A stretch of 64,000 bases of DNA. It comes from a virus. The position numbers and the translations under genes were made by a program. The stretch spans positions 32,001 through 96,000 of the IMG/VR virus record IMGVR_UViG_3300017991_000007; one strand, 5' to 3'. The notes under the pieces are model-generated. The model did not search any database and had not been told where the DNA came from. It worked only from the letters and a program-made list of their open reading frames with translations. Shown one piece after another: positions 55,901 through 64,000 of the stretch (position 1 is its first letter; every line of letters starts with the position of its first letter).

Positions 55901-57769
55901 GCCGGACAAGGTTTGGTTGGCGGTAGCGGTTTTGCTTTTGCTCTTGATCTTGACGGGGCCGGGGGAGCGACTAACAATTATGGTTTACAGATTGTTTCCA
56001 ATCAACTCCGAGTCCGAGCCGGGAATAATATCTACTTTGACCCTACTGACAATTATGCGATTGCGGTAAGCAATGCAATTTCAGACGCAACCTCTACCGG
56101 TACGGTGACTACAAACCATACACGGGGAGTCTTTTGCTCCTTTGACGGGGAAGCATCCCAAGTTCGTAGTGCGGTTATCGCTTGTGAGGAAATGGCGTTG
56201 CCGGACGGCGGGGTAGGGGAGCAAAATAATGCTTGTATGGCCTCAGAGGGGAACGGCGGGGCATACGCAGTAAAAGATAGCGCACTTATAGCAACCGCCG
56301 GGGCTTGCTCCATTGTCGGTTTCACCTTGCCGCCTCTCTTTATCCCAACCGATATCAGGGCAAGGCACTGTACCGTCATTGGCTGCCTGAGTTCATCAAT
56401 TATTGCTGGTACTGCGACTGCAAACCTTGAGATTAACCGTGGGTCCATTATCGCAAGTGATACTTGCCAAATGGCGGGAACAGTTGCCGGGATTGAGGAC
56501 TCTCTTATTGCGGCCTCCAACACCTCAGATATGACCCCTGCGGTTGCGGATGCTCTGATTTTCACCTCAGCCATTATTGCTACTGCTAGTTGTACTATGG
56601 CACCTGAAACTGAGACTGTGCCTCTTAGACGTTCCGTTATTATTGCCTCACAACTTTGTGAGACAAAACGTGGGGATGAGCTTTTTACCGCAGCCGGTTT
56701 TGAGTCGGATTTTGGGGATGTATCCGGGGGTACGCCTCAGCATTGCGCTATGGTTGCGGTTAATAATTGTACCGTGAATATTGATGAATCTACCGTTCTG
56801 CAATCAGCCATTATAGGTAGTATAAACTGTGATATTGGTAATGCCGGTGTCAGCGGCGGTCAAATTGCGGATTGTGCTATCGTAGCTTGTCGGAATGATG
56901 CAAATATTTACACGCCAACCGTGAATACGGCTAGAGCGTCCGGGATGTTCGCTTGCGACGGCGGGGCTATCGTAACGGCTGGTAGTACGGCTACAGGAAC
57001 TTCTATAATCAGTTCTGAAAGTTGCGTAAATAGTGCTGATTATTGCTGCTTGGTAGCCTCATCTTTCTATGTTCCGGTCAACGCTCCCCTTCAAGGCAAT
57101 CCCAATTTCACCTTGCAGGGTGGTAGCGGCGGTGTTGGTAGGTGGTTATGCTCATCCCGTGATGGAATTATGTACACCAATACAACTCCGGGCTTTATTT
57201 CAGGCGGTATTGACTATGCTGAAATGTTTGAGAGTGCCGATGGAAACCCGATAGCTGTTGGTTTCTTAACCACGTTTGATGAAACTGATACTGAGAAAAT
57301 CAGGAAAGCGACGGCTGCGGATGACTTCTTGCTTGGACCTGTTTCCTCAAGTCCGGGTTTCCTTTGTGGGGATGAGTCTTTTGAGTGGCATGGCAAGTAT
57401 AAGCGGGATGATTTCGGGCGTATTCTTACTGAGGTCGTACCTAATGATCAATGGACACCTGACATTGAGGCGGGTGAGACTGAGGATGACCGTCCGAACA
57501 TAACAGTTGGGCAGATTGCGGATGCTTATGATCCTGAAATGGAATATCAACCCCGTACTTTGCGGTCTGAATGGAATATGATTGGTCTTGTCGGTCAAGT
57601 CCGGGTCCGGTGTGACGCTACGTTGGCAGCGGGTAATTGGATTAAGTCGGATGATTCGGGTTATGCTACTCCCTCAGTTGACAGGGGCATGGGTTGGCGT
57701 TGCATGAAAATAGAGGTTCCTTTTGATGCTGAAACCGGATATGGTATTGCAACTATTCTGATTCGATAA
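52928..57769 (+). CDS. long tail fibre/receptor-binding protein (DUF6519-like N-terminus, peptidase G2 IMC C-terminus)
   Basis: GDYSR..F...K.Y...L.QQG....DAD.N; DYAEMFES.DG; W.GKY.RDDFG; EW..IGLVGQVRVR.D. Confidence 0.82.
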   Translation: MSKILQMPFTGDYSRDIFSERKKYIGALLQQGKKLIDADMNDEIQERIIRLQRIVSSAFPAQAYGDSFKLVQRVSPGDRSNDFLILARTELGSPAAATNPESYARMYLGGLGAILSNADSNEGVPFGYVGGGTGIEYLFGEIHHRSTDLTATVLTDTNARFVPNELIGMYVIPNTVDGTEFQIASNTETTITIVSGSMLTVGAGGDFYRVRPVAPGIVPLYAITAFADAGGGLVTVTAAGHGFVDGDTVTITGTTNYNGDFVVSNVVAGATFDIEATWAGDDATGNVILAYPGRRDLVFLDIYIGEMTGDEDTDLLHPLGAGYESARRMVVRQQIMVRQNDTLGGLLNPNYTSPGLPWVADPTALEGYYQDNNGQMHYLVKLAEIARQSGVSDITDSITVGVQTIEGIVDLRDPWFGSSREVVAARRGFDSLEESIEDAIDQGDRYSAAPTQATKAFSGNNTVNLTGNVYVGESPSDNIAYSAKIYDANGENPVRADAASVISTLSSYFLSSDDLDISVNGGPIVSLTGLTATGLTNLVNYFNTTIFPGEPDLAGKVQAVALQGRYFALKSLVSGYTSEIHLYAGSSALPKLFGTSQYFNPGDQFNDGANGLVTNGQREPKVKEIGSDNVTWGSNSVIGAPTQDPTRFYPNPWFAFDAIIPAGSYIVRYGVRTAFVDEPSNRFLRRDMYPGLTQYDRRLEVEHYYDGQHRDIFLKERMIDLGILAGQVNAETFRLEADITSFNGVALYTVGFADVTTIEGMLALLVPKGGGVMTGILRMGDVIDMQGNYINDVADPVLDTDAANKGYVDSVAEGLNIKDACRCATTGPVIIASELEAGDIIDGYTLVAGDRILVKDQANPDQKENGIWVAQASGAAQRPSDWDSSTPNTSGSFVYIEDGTTNGNTGWVMNTPGDPIVDSAATTWVQFAGAGTYTAGAGLDLTGTVFSVKLPALSGLSASIPSGLSVQIGAVGGPAAGLFIDAGGLHIPSSFAGQGLVGGSGFAFALDLDGAGGATNNYGLQIVSNQLRVRAGNNIYFDPTDNYAIAVSNAISDATSTGTVTTNHTRGVFCSFDGEASQVRSAVIACEEMALPDGGVGEQNNACMASEGNGGAYAVKDSALIATAGACSIVGFTLPPLFIPTDIRARHCTVIGCLSSSIIAGTATANLEINRGSIIASDTCQMAGTVAGIEDSLIAASNTSDMTPAVADALIFTSAIIATASCTMAPETETVPLRRSVIIASQLCETKRGDELFTAAGFESDFGDVSGGTPQHCAMVAVNNCTVNIDESTVLQSAIIGSINCDIGNAGVSGGQIADCAIVACRNDANIYTPTVNTARASGMFACDGGAIVTAGSTATGTSIISSESCVNSADYCCLVASSFYVPVNAPLQGNPNFTLQGGSGGVGRWLCSSRDGIMYTNTTPGFISGGIDYAEMFESADGNPIAVGFLTTFDETDTEKIRKATAADDFLLGPVSSSPGFLCGDESFEWHGKYKRDDFGRILTEVVPNDQWTPDIEAGETEDDRPNITVGQIADAYDPEMEYQPRTLRSEWNMIGLVGQVRVRCDATLAAGNWIKSDDSGYATPSVDRGMGWRCMKIEVPFDAETGYGIATILIR

Positions 57770-57782
57770 GGAAAGGCGCACT

Positions 57783-58100
57783 ATGCTTGACAAGTTCGTA
57801 GAGTATGCCATTTCTGAGGGACCGTGGGCAGTTGTCTGCATAGTTCTTACTTGGTTATGGCTGCGTACTCGAAAAGAGGCAAAAGCAACGGTTGATGCTC
57901 TAGTTGACGAAAAGAAAAGTCTTGCAAAAGATTTGCTTGCCGAAAAAGACGCAAGGCGGGTAGAGGCGTTGGAGCTATCACAAAAGGGGCATGAAACCGT
58001 TGCCGAATTGGTCAAGCTAATGGACAAACTGGAAAGCACTCTTAACCGTGTAGAGGCAGCTATGGTTGGTTGTCTCAGGTCGCAAGGGGGTAAAACATGA
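57783..58100 (+). CDS. holin (BhlA/UviB-like)
   Basis: EGPWAVVCIVLTWLWL single TM plus charged coiled coil. Confidence 0.6.
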   Translation: MLDKFVEYAISEGPWAVVCIVLTWLWLRTRKEAKATVDALVDEKKSLAKDLLAEKDARRVEALELSQKGHETVAELVKLMDKLESTLNRVEAAMVGCLRSQGGKT

Positions 58101-58291
58101 AACTTTTTCTACTGCGTTGGACGGGGGTTATTCCAAAGGATATCAAAACCGTTGATGACTTGAAAGAGGATATCCCAAAATGCAAACCCCCACAACCTAA
58201 CGGGGTGGAATATGATGCTCTAAAAAAGCGGATTTCTGGAATGCTGGCAACGGTTACACTATTTTTAGACCGGGTAAATTTGACTCCTTAA
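58097..58291 (+). CDS. hypothetical protein
   Basis: ATGA overlap, GGGGGT RBS. Confidence 0.55.
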   Translation: MKLFLLRWTGVIPKDIKTVDDLKEDIPKCKPPQPNGVEYDALKKRISGMLATVTLFLDRVNLTP

Positions 58292-58339
58292 CCTTTTATA
58301 TTCCACACGCACACGCAAGGATGCCTTAATAAAAAAAAG

Positions 58340-58390
58340 TGCATCCGCTTGCATTTTTTCCTTGACAAGTCTTTTTTGCATTGTTATGGT
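58340..58390 (+). promoter_or_regulatory. TGCA-N6-TGCA site plus sigma70 promoter
   Basis: TGCATCCGCTTGCA 58340-58353; TTGACA(58362)-17-TATGGT. Confidence 0.8.
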
Positions 58391-58444
58391 TTTGGGCGTG
58401 GAACGGAATTGAAAACTTAAACGGCAAACCAAAGGGGTAGCGTT

Positions 58445-59779
58445 ATGCCAGAAAAATCATGGGTTAAAGGACGTGGTACTGAGTCCGTTGAAAAGTCGGT
58501 ACCTAAGTCAGTTCGTAGGCTTGTCACGGCTGAGGAAAAACGTGCGGCTGCGGCAAAGGTGGGTACGGGAATGCCGGGGGTTGCCCCGTCCGTATCGGTA
58601 GAACCGGAAAGTCTGCTTGCTGATAAGCTGGTAAAGTTCGTCGCTGAATCTATCAAAGATTCAGACGGTGATTTCATCCTATCCATTAAGGATATCACTT
58701 CAAAAACCGGGTTATCTTCAACGTATGCCCGTTTCTCTCTCAAAGACTCCAAGATAATCGAAAGAATCAATGAAAAGGTACCGGCTGAAAGCCATGTTGA
58801 AATGAACTTTGACGGTAATGAGCTTGCCGTACTTTTTGATGATGTAGTGGAAACTGAGGCTGAGGAAGTTGTTGAAATTACTGAGGAAACTGAGGAAACT
58901 GAGGATAAGGTGAAAAAGGTTGTTGCGACAAAAACCAAACCGAAAGATTATTTCTATATTGATCCGACTCGCAAGAAAAAGCTTACGGCTGCTATCAATG
59001 CTTGCCTCAATGTGTGGGCTGCGGGTCCGACCGGTACCGGAAAATCTGAAACTTACGAAAGACTCTGCGAAATTCTCAAGAGAGAATCAATCAAGATGTC
59101 ATTCAATGGAGAATCAAGTGCGGATGACCTTTTGGGGCATTACACTTTGCAGGGTACGGAAACGGTTTGGGTTGATGGTGCGCTACCCCGCGCAATGAAA
59201 GCGGGAGCGGTGTTGATTTGTGAGGAAATTGATGCCGCTCCCGCTGAGTGCAATCTTGCATTGCAGCGGGTTTTAGAGAATAGAAGGGATGGAAAGCCAA
59301 GGTCTTTCTACAATCCCCGTAACGGTGAAACCGTGGAAGCAAAACCGGAATTCGTGGTACTGGCAACTGCCAATACAACGGGTGGGGGTGACTACACCGG
59401 ACTCTATGCGGGTGTGCAAGTTCAAAATGCTGCGTTTCGGGATAGGTTCGTTTTTGAATACTTTGATTACCTTACCCCGGCAATGGAAAAGAAAGTCTTG
59501 ACAATGCGTTTCCCAAATATGCCCGCTGATATGGCTGATAAAGCGGTCAAGTTTGCCGGATACGCTCGGAATGCGGTTAATGACGGTACCATTTTCACGC
59601 CGGTATCAACTCGTACCTTGCTGGCATTCGCACAACTCTACTGCGTATTCAGAGAGGCGAAAATGGGTACCAAAAAGGCTCTAAGTGAGGCTTTGGATTC
59701 GTCAATATTTTACAAGTCCGCAAGTCCCTCAGACGCTACTGCCTTAAAGGAAATGGCACAAAGGGTCTTTGGTGACTAA
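58445..59779 (+). CDS. CobS/MoxR-like AAA+ ATPase
   Basis: GPTGTGKS, LICEEID, LQRVLE, ATANT.G, NAAFRDRF, STRTL. Confidence 0.88.
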   Translation: MPEKSWVKGRGTESVEKSVPKSVRRLVTAEEKRAAAAKVGTGMPGVAPSVSVEPESLLADKLVKFVAESIKDSDGDFILSIKDITSKTGLSSTYARFSLKDSKIIERINEKVPAESHVEMNFDGNELAVLFDDVVETEAEEVVEITEETEETEDKVKKVVATKTKPKDYFYIDPTRKKKLTAAINACLNVWAAGPTGTGKSETYERLCEILKRESIKMSFNGESSADDLLGHYTLQGTETVWVDGALPRAMKAGAVLICEEIDAAPAECNLALQRVLENRRDGKPRSFYNPRNGETVEAKPEFVVLATANTTGGGDYTGLYAGVQVQNAAFRDRFVFEYFDYLTPAMEKKVLTMRFPNMPADMADKAVKFAGYARNAVNDGTIFTPVSTRTLLAFAQLYCVFREAKMGTKKALSEALDSSIFYKSASPSDATALKEMAQRVFGD

Positions 59780-59786
59780 AAAAGAC

Positions 59787-59815
59787 TTGACAAGCACAAA
59801 AAGCCGTGTTAGGGT
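59787..59815 (+). promoter_or_regulatory. sigma70 promoter
   Basis: TTGACA-17-TAGGGT. Confidence 0.6.
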
Positions 59816-59853
59816 CAAACCTAGCACGGTAACTTTTTTAACGGGGTAGCAAA

Positions 59854-61992
59854 ATGGTAAACAACCGACTCAATCAAACACTCGAAAGCGCAAGTGAGAA
59901 ACTTGCCCGTATGGTTACGGCAAGCGGTATCAACGTGGGCTTTTCTGACAAGGTGAAAATCCCAAGTGCGGACGTTGTAGGCAATCGAATTATGATGCCC
60001 GCCTTGCCGGAAAACATGACTCCCAAAGAGATTGCAAAATTGCGGGGTCTTATGGATCACGAAATGGCGCATTGCCTCTTTACCAAGGATAAGACCGGCA
60101 AGCCAATAGAACGTCCGGGCAACGGTATGGACGGTATCATTGCCAATGCTCTTGAGGATGGTCGTATCAACCGGAAAATGGGTGATAAGTTTTTCGGCTC
60201 CAAAGAAAATCTGAATGAGCTTTATCGGATTTATAAGGCTGAGATTGATACTCAGGGGGATGAAATACCGCCGGGTGTTGATCCCGAACAACACAAGGAT
60301 ATGCAGGAAAGATTTACTGCGTTGCTAAGAGCGTCAATGGAGCATGTTATGAAAGCCCCAAAGGATACTCTTAGCGAACCAAACCAATACACTGAGGCTC
60401 TAAGCCCGGAATTGGTCAATGAGTTAAGAAAAATCGAAACCCTTGAGGATGTTTTTGAGGCGGTCCCAAAGGTCAAGAAATGGATTCTGAAAGACTATAA
60501 GGAACCACCTAAGCAGGATCAAGAGGGTGACGGTGACGGGGATAGCTCGGATGGTCAAGAGGGTGAAAGTAGCCAAAGTCAATCCGGGTCCGGTCAAGGC
60601 AGTTCTCAGGGTAAGTCTAAAATGAGTAGCTTGGATGATTCGGGTGATTCTGACTCAAGCGATTCGGATAACCAAAGTGATTCAGGCGATTCAGGGGATT
60701 CTGATAAGCCTGAAAACTCGGACGGTGACTCTGAGGGGGGAAAAGGCGATTCTGAGGGTGACGATTCAGACGAAAACGACTCTGAGGATTCGCAGGGCGG
60801 CTCTGAGGGGGATTCTGAGGATTCAGACGATGATTCAGACTCGGAAAGCGGTCAAGGCGATTCTGAGGGCAATGAGGGGGATTCTGAGGAAACCGGTCAA
60901 GGCGATTCGGACAAGGAAAAAGCCAATGCTGGTAATGATCCTAAAATGGAAAAGGGTCATGGTACCCCGGCTGAGACTGAGGGCGGGATGGATTCTGATT
61001 TCATAGACTCCTTTGCTGATTTCTGCAACAAAGTAGAGGAATCAATCAAGAAAAAACAAGAGGTCAAATTCAGTCAAAAGGATATGAAAGCAAAATATCT
61101 TGTGGATACGTCCGGGGATACTGAAATTCATATCAAGGATATGCCCACTCTTTTCAAGCGCACCTACAATGATCCTTACGTTAAAGAACTTTTGGAGCAT
61201 GGTAAGAGTCTTTTCCAAGGGCTGAATGATAAGGTTGCCGCAATGCGTGGTAGGCTTATTCTTGACTTGCAATCCAAGGGTAGAATATGGACCAAAGACC
61301 TTGATACGGGTCGATTGGATACTCGCACCTTGCACCGGCCTTTCATTGGTGACAAGAGGATTTTCAAAAACAAGCTTAAGAAAGATAAGGTCAATACTGC
61401 GGTAACTCTGCTTGTCGATTGTAGCGGCTCTATGAGCGGTAGGAAATTTGATACTGCCATTCAGCTTGCGGCAATTATGTGTGACGCTCTTGAAATGGCA
61501 AACGTGCCTTGTGAGGTCTTGGGATTCACTACCGGCTCAATCTCTGGCACTCCCAATTTTGGGGTAAGGAGAGAGGGCGTTGTGCATATCATTTTCAAGA
61601 CCTTTGATGAAATGGCAAGTGCCTTTCGTGACAAGTGGTACGGGGCTGCGGGTGTACTGAGAAACAATGTTGATGGAGAGGCGGTTTTGTGGGCTGCAAA
61701 GAGGCTCATTAAGCGTACTGAGGAAAGGAAAGTCTTATTCGTACTTTCGGATGGTAGACCCGCCGGATACGTTGATGCGGATATGGGAAAGCACCTCAAA
61801 GACTCAGTTAAGAAAGTAGAGAAAACTGGTATTGAGGTTTTGGGGGTTGGTATTATGACGAATGCTCCCAAGAGGTACTACACTAACAACGTGGTTTACA
61901 ATGGCCTCAGTGAGCTTATGGCAGGATTCTACAAGCGCATTTCGGATATGCTGCGTTTTGAAATTCATCAAAACAAAGCTAAGGCCGTTTAG
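59854..61992 (+). CDS. CobT-like VWA protein with N-terminal HExxH domain and acidic linker
   Basis: HEMAH...NALEDGRI; D/S/G/E low-complexity linker; MIDAS DCSGSM; LSDG.P. Confidence 0.88.
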   Translation: MVNNRLNQTLESASEKLARMVTASGINVGFSDKVKIPSADVVGNRIMMPALPENMTPKEIAKLRGLMDHEMAHCLFTKDKTGKPIERPGNGMDGIIANALEDGRINRKMGDKFFGSKENLNELYRIYKAEIDTQGDEIPPGVDPEQHKDMQERFTALLRASMEHVMKAPKDTLSEPNQYTEALSPELVNELRKIETLEDVFEAVPKVKKWILKDYKEPPKQDQEGDGDGDSSDGQEGESSQSQSGSGQGSSQGKSKMSSLDDSGDSDSSDSDNQSDSGDSGDSDKPENSDGDSEGGKGDSEGDDSDENDSEDSQGGSEGDSEDSDDDSDSESGQGDSEGNEGDSEETGQGDSDKEKANAGNDPKMEKGHGTPAETEGGMDSDFIDSFADFCNKVEESIKKKQEVKFSQKDMKAKYLVDTSGDTEIHIKDMPTLFKRTYNDPYVKELLEHGKSLFQGLNDKVAAMRGRLILDLQSKGRIWTKDLDTGRLDTRTLHRPFIGDKRIFKNKLKKDKVNTAVTLLVDCSGSMSGRKFDTAIQLAAIMCDALEMANVPCEVLGFTTGSISGTPNFGVRREGVVHIIFKTFDEMASAFRDKWYGAAGVLRNNVDGEAVLWAAKRLIKRTEERKVLFVLSDGRPAGYVDADMGKHLKDSVKKVEKTGIEVLGVGIMTNAPKRYYTNNVVYNGLSELMAGFYKRISDMLRFEIHQNKAKAV

Positions 61993-62000
61993 ATAGATAC

Positions 62001-62035
62001 GGGGCCGGGTTTATCCCGGCCTCAGTCTTTTCTTT
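62001..62035 (+). terminator. probable intrinsic terminator
   Basis: GGGGCCGGG-TTTAT-CCCGGCCTC plus T-rich tail. Confidence 0.6.
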
Positions 62036-62047
62036 GGAATAATTGGA

Positions 62048-63127
62048 ATGAGAAAATACTTTGCTCTACCTTATGACGTTTTAAGATTACCACCAAAGTA
62101 TCTAAAGACCTATATGCAGCTTATAGCGGTGTCTGAGGGCAAACCTATATGCCTTACCCAAAAAGAGCTTGCGAAAGCTTTAGAAACCGGTCTGCGGACG
62201 CTCAAGAGGCATTTGTACTGGTTAGAGAGTGTCGGATTACTCAGGATCATGCGGTATGGGTATATCGAATTGGAAACGGTAAAGGGTGTCAATAATGGCA
62301 CACAATTTAAGCTAAGTTCTGATAACGAAAGCGAAAGTGGAAAAATGTGTGCCAATAATGGCACACTTCTTAATATAACTACTGATTATACTGATATTAC
62401 GAAAGAGAATAATATAAAAGATATTAAGGAGTGTGTCATAAATGGCACACAATCTGAGGTAAACTCAGGTAATGAAAAGGAAAGTCCAAAAAATAGGGTT
62501 GAAAGTGTGCCAATAATGGCACACAATTTGTCTTTTGAGGGTAGGCTTATGAGTGTAACCGATTGGAAAAGGGCATTCTCAAAGCGGGTTGCTGAGGTTG
62601 AAAATGATGCTGAGGTAAAGGCTAAAGCAAATCGCAGTAAAGAGGCTGCGAGAAAAGCCAAGCGTACCCGAATGAGAAAGGTTGTCCTATCGCTGAGTGA
62701 TAAGGAGCTTGCCAATTGGAGTGTAGGAAATTTCTTAGAGCATTTCCATGCTCGGTATTATGAGATTTACCCGCATGACAATCCGCTTACGGTGTCTGGA
62801 TTGACCAACGGCGGCAAGGGCAGCGGTCAAATGCGAACACTATTGCAGCGGTTGGTACCACCAAACGAAACTGTAGAAGTGGGAGAAACCAAAGCACGGG
62901 AACGTCTGAAAGCCTTGATTGATCACGCTTTTGATAACGTGGAAAGGATCATGCCCGCAGTAGGTTTGCGGGGAACGGCTTTGAGTATCGGTATCCTTGC
63001 CGGGTACTGGCAATCCTTTCTTAACGATATGGATGGTGTTGAAACCCTCAAAGATACGTCAAGAGCTTCATTGGACAAGGGGTTAGAGAAAGATGAGGAA
63101 TTCGATGACTCAGAAAGCCTCTGGTAA
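62048..63127 (+). CDS. replication initiator (lambda O-like, N-terminal HTH)
   Basis: TQKELAKALETGLRTLKRHL..LE..GL HTH; internal iterons; upstream of DnaC-like gene. Confidence 0.75.
   Translation: MRKYFALPYDVLRLPPKYLKTYMQLIAVSEGKPICLTQKELAKALETGLRTLKRHLYWLESVGLLRIMRYGYIELETVKGVNNGTQFKLSSDNESESGKMCANNGTLLNITTDYTDITKENNIKDIKECVINGTQSEVNSGNEKESPKNRVESVPIMAHNLSFEGRLMSVTDWKRAFSKRVAEVENDAEVKAKANRSKEAARKAKRTRMRKVVLSLSDKELANWSVGNFLEHFHARYYEIYPHDNPLTVSGLTNGGKGSGQMRTLLQRLVPPNETVEVGETKARERLKALIDHAFDNVERIMPAVGLRGTALSIGILAGYWQSFLNDMDGVETLKDTSRASLDKGLEKDEEFDDSESLW
62285..62524. repeat. four palindromic iterons (putative replication origin)
   Basis: GTGTGCCA-ATAA-TGGCACAC variants at 62285, 62347, 62431, 62505; AT-rich spacer 62367-62430. 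Confidence 0.8.
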
Positions 63128-63743
63128 TAGGTCATTTCGGCAAAAACCAATGGTATTGCAGGGTGATTACCATGCGGACCCGGTACTAGAGCTAAAAGCT
63201 GTAGATATGGAAATTATGCACTTGCCGGAAAGGTTGTGGACTCAGCGCATGGCTGATTTATTCAATGATCCCAAGCTTTATGGGGTTATCAAGAGGTTTG
63301 TTGAAGGGTTGCCGGGTACGATGCGTCCGGTCAATGACGAACAGCCGAGTATTTTTACTTTCTTTGGCTCCCTGAATAGCATGGCTGAGGCCGGGGCAGG
63401 GATCATGCTCAAAGCTGCCCGGTCACACCGATTCAAGACGCTGTACCTTGATGTTGCCCGGATATCTGATTATTGGCGTACCAAGACCTTGACTGCGGAT
63501 GAGGATCAAACTTTTGAGGAAAGGGCTTACGAGACTGATTTGCTTTTTTTGAGCGGGCTTGGCTCCGAAAGTCAGAAATCCTTTGTGCAAGACGTGATTT
63601 TTTCGCTACTAAAGCACCGGCAAATGGAGCGATTGGTAACGGTTGCCACTACGACACTCTCCCCGAAAGAGCTTACCAATTTCTACCGGGGCGGCGTTTT
63701 TGACCTTTTGAATTTGTCCGCAGTGATAGTCCGCTGCGAATAG
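63105..63743 (+). CDS. DnaC/IstB-like helicase loader with degenerate Walker motifs
   Basis: DLLFLSGLGSE...LLKHR....TVATTTL; Walker A position reads GSLNSMAE. Confidence 0.7.
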   Translation: MTQKASGNRSFRQKPMVLQGDYHADPVLELKAVDMEIMHLPERLWTQRMADLFNDPKLYGVIKRFVEGLPGTMRPVNDEQPSIFTFFGSLNSMAEAGAGIMLKAARSHRFKTLYLDVARISDYWRTKTLTADEDQTFEERAYETDLLFLSGLGSESQKSFVQDVIFSLLKHRQMERLVTVATTTLSPKELTNFYRGGVFDLLNLSAVIVRCE

Positions 63744-63745
63744 CC

Positions 63746-63807
63746 TTGACACGCCTAAAACAGCGTGTTATATTTATGAGCGATTTAGACGGGTGCAAGT
63801 GATTGCA
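63746..63807 (+). promoter_or_regulatory. sigma70 promoter with downstream TGCAAGTGATTGCA
   Basis: TTGACA-17-TATATT; site 63794-63807 abuts the RBS. Confidence 0.75.
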
Positions 63808-63820
63808 CGGGGGTAGCTAG

Positions 63821-64000
63821 ATGAGTTCTATTGACGTTGACATACTTTCACGCCTTTTGAGGCATCCCACTGAGATAACCGAACTACTGTACCACGGGAT
63901 AACTGAAAAACACCTAAGAGGCAAGATTTTCTCAGACGCTTTCAATTTCATTATGGATCATCGGTCCAAGCACAAAAAGATTCCTGACATTTCGACGGTA
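63821..64000 (+). CDS. probable replicative helicase N-terminus (truncated by window)
   Basis: GGGGGTAGC RBS; MSSIDVDILSRLL...AFNFIMDH...IPD; follows initiator and loader. Confidence 0.5.
   Translation, partial: MSSIDVDILSRLLRHPTEITELLYHGITEKHLRGKIFSDAFNFIMDHRSKHKKIPDISTV

Noticed and set aside
52928-57769. DGR target or invertible fibre cassette
   Set aside because: No reverse transcriptase, template repeat or invertase seen.
60520-60920. Tandem GATTC-rich repeat element
   Set aside because: Explained by the D/S/E/G low-complexity linker of the VWA protein.
62285-62524. CRISPR mini-array
   Set aside because: Irregular spacing, inside a CDS, no cas genes; fits iterons better.
1-64000. Genome-wide TAG recoding (code 15)
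   Set aside because: Large genes are uninterrupted in code 11 and TAG stops coincide with next-gene starts, promoters or terminators.
1-64000. Apparent k-mer bias (frequent CCGG, GGTACC, TGAGG; scarce CCWGG, CGCG)
   Set aside because: Visual impression only; needs Markov-normalised counts.

Overview
A 64 kb segment of a large tailed phage genome with a contractile tail (myovirus), mostly encoded on the + strand. 0.2-17.9 kb: accessory/early region of small ORFs under strong sigma70-type promoters. It includes two leftward cassettes, an amber-anticodon (CUA) tRNA, several structured non-coding RNA candidates, a DUF433 gene and dCTP deaminase. 17.9-19.9 kb: class II (B12-dependent) ribonucleotide reductase. 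20.1-58.3 kb: morphogenesis module with portal, protease-scaffold, P2-type major capsid with an inserted domain, neck, fibre, sheath, tube, frameshifting chaperone, tape measure, eCIS-like baseplate, DUF6519/peptidase-G2 fibre and holin. 58.4-64 kb: CobS/CobT-like AAA+/VWA pair, replication initiator with internal iterons, degenerate DnaC-like loader and the start of a probable helicase. No terminase, endolysin or integrase was recognised. The most striking unexplained layer is regulatory: (i) a small RNA whose hairpin loop is the exact complement of the GGGGGTAGC ribosome-binding motif of early/middle genes; (ii) a TGCA-N6-TGCA palindrome exactly 8 bp upstream of five -35 boxes; (iii) about five promoter-driven structured RNAs; (iv) an amber suppressor tRNA in a genome that still uses TAG as stop. 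All family assignments come from motif recognition by eye; no searches were run.
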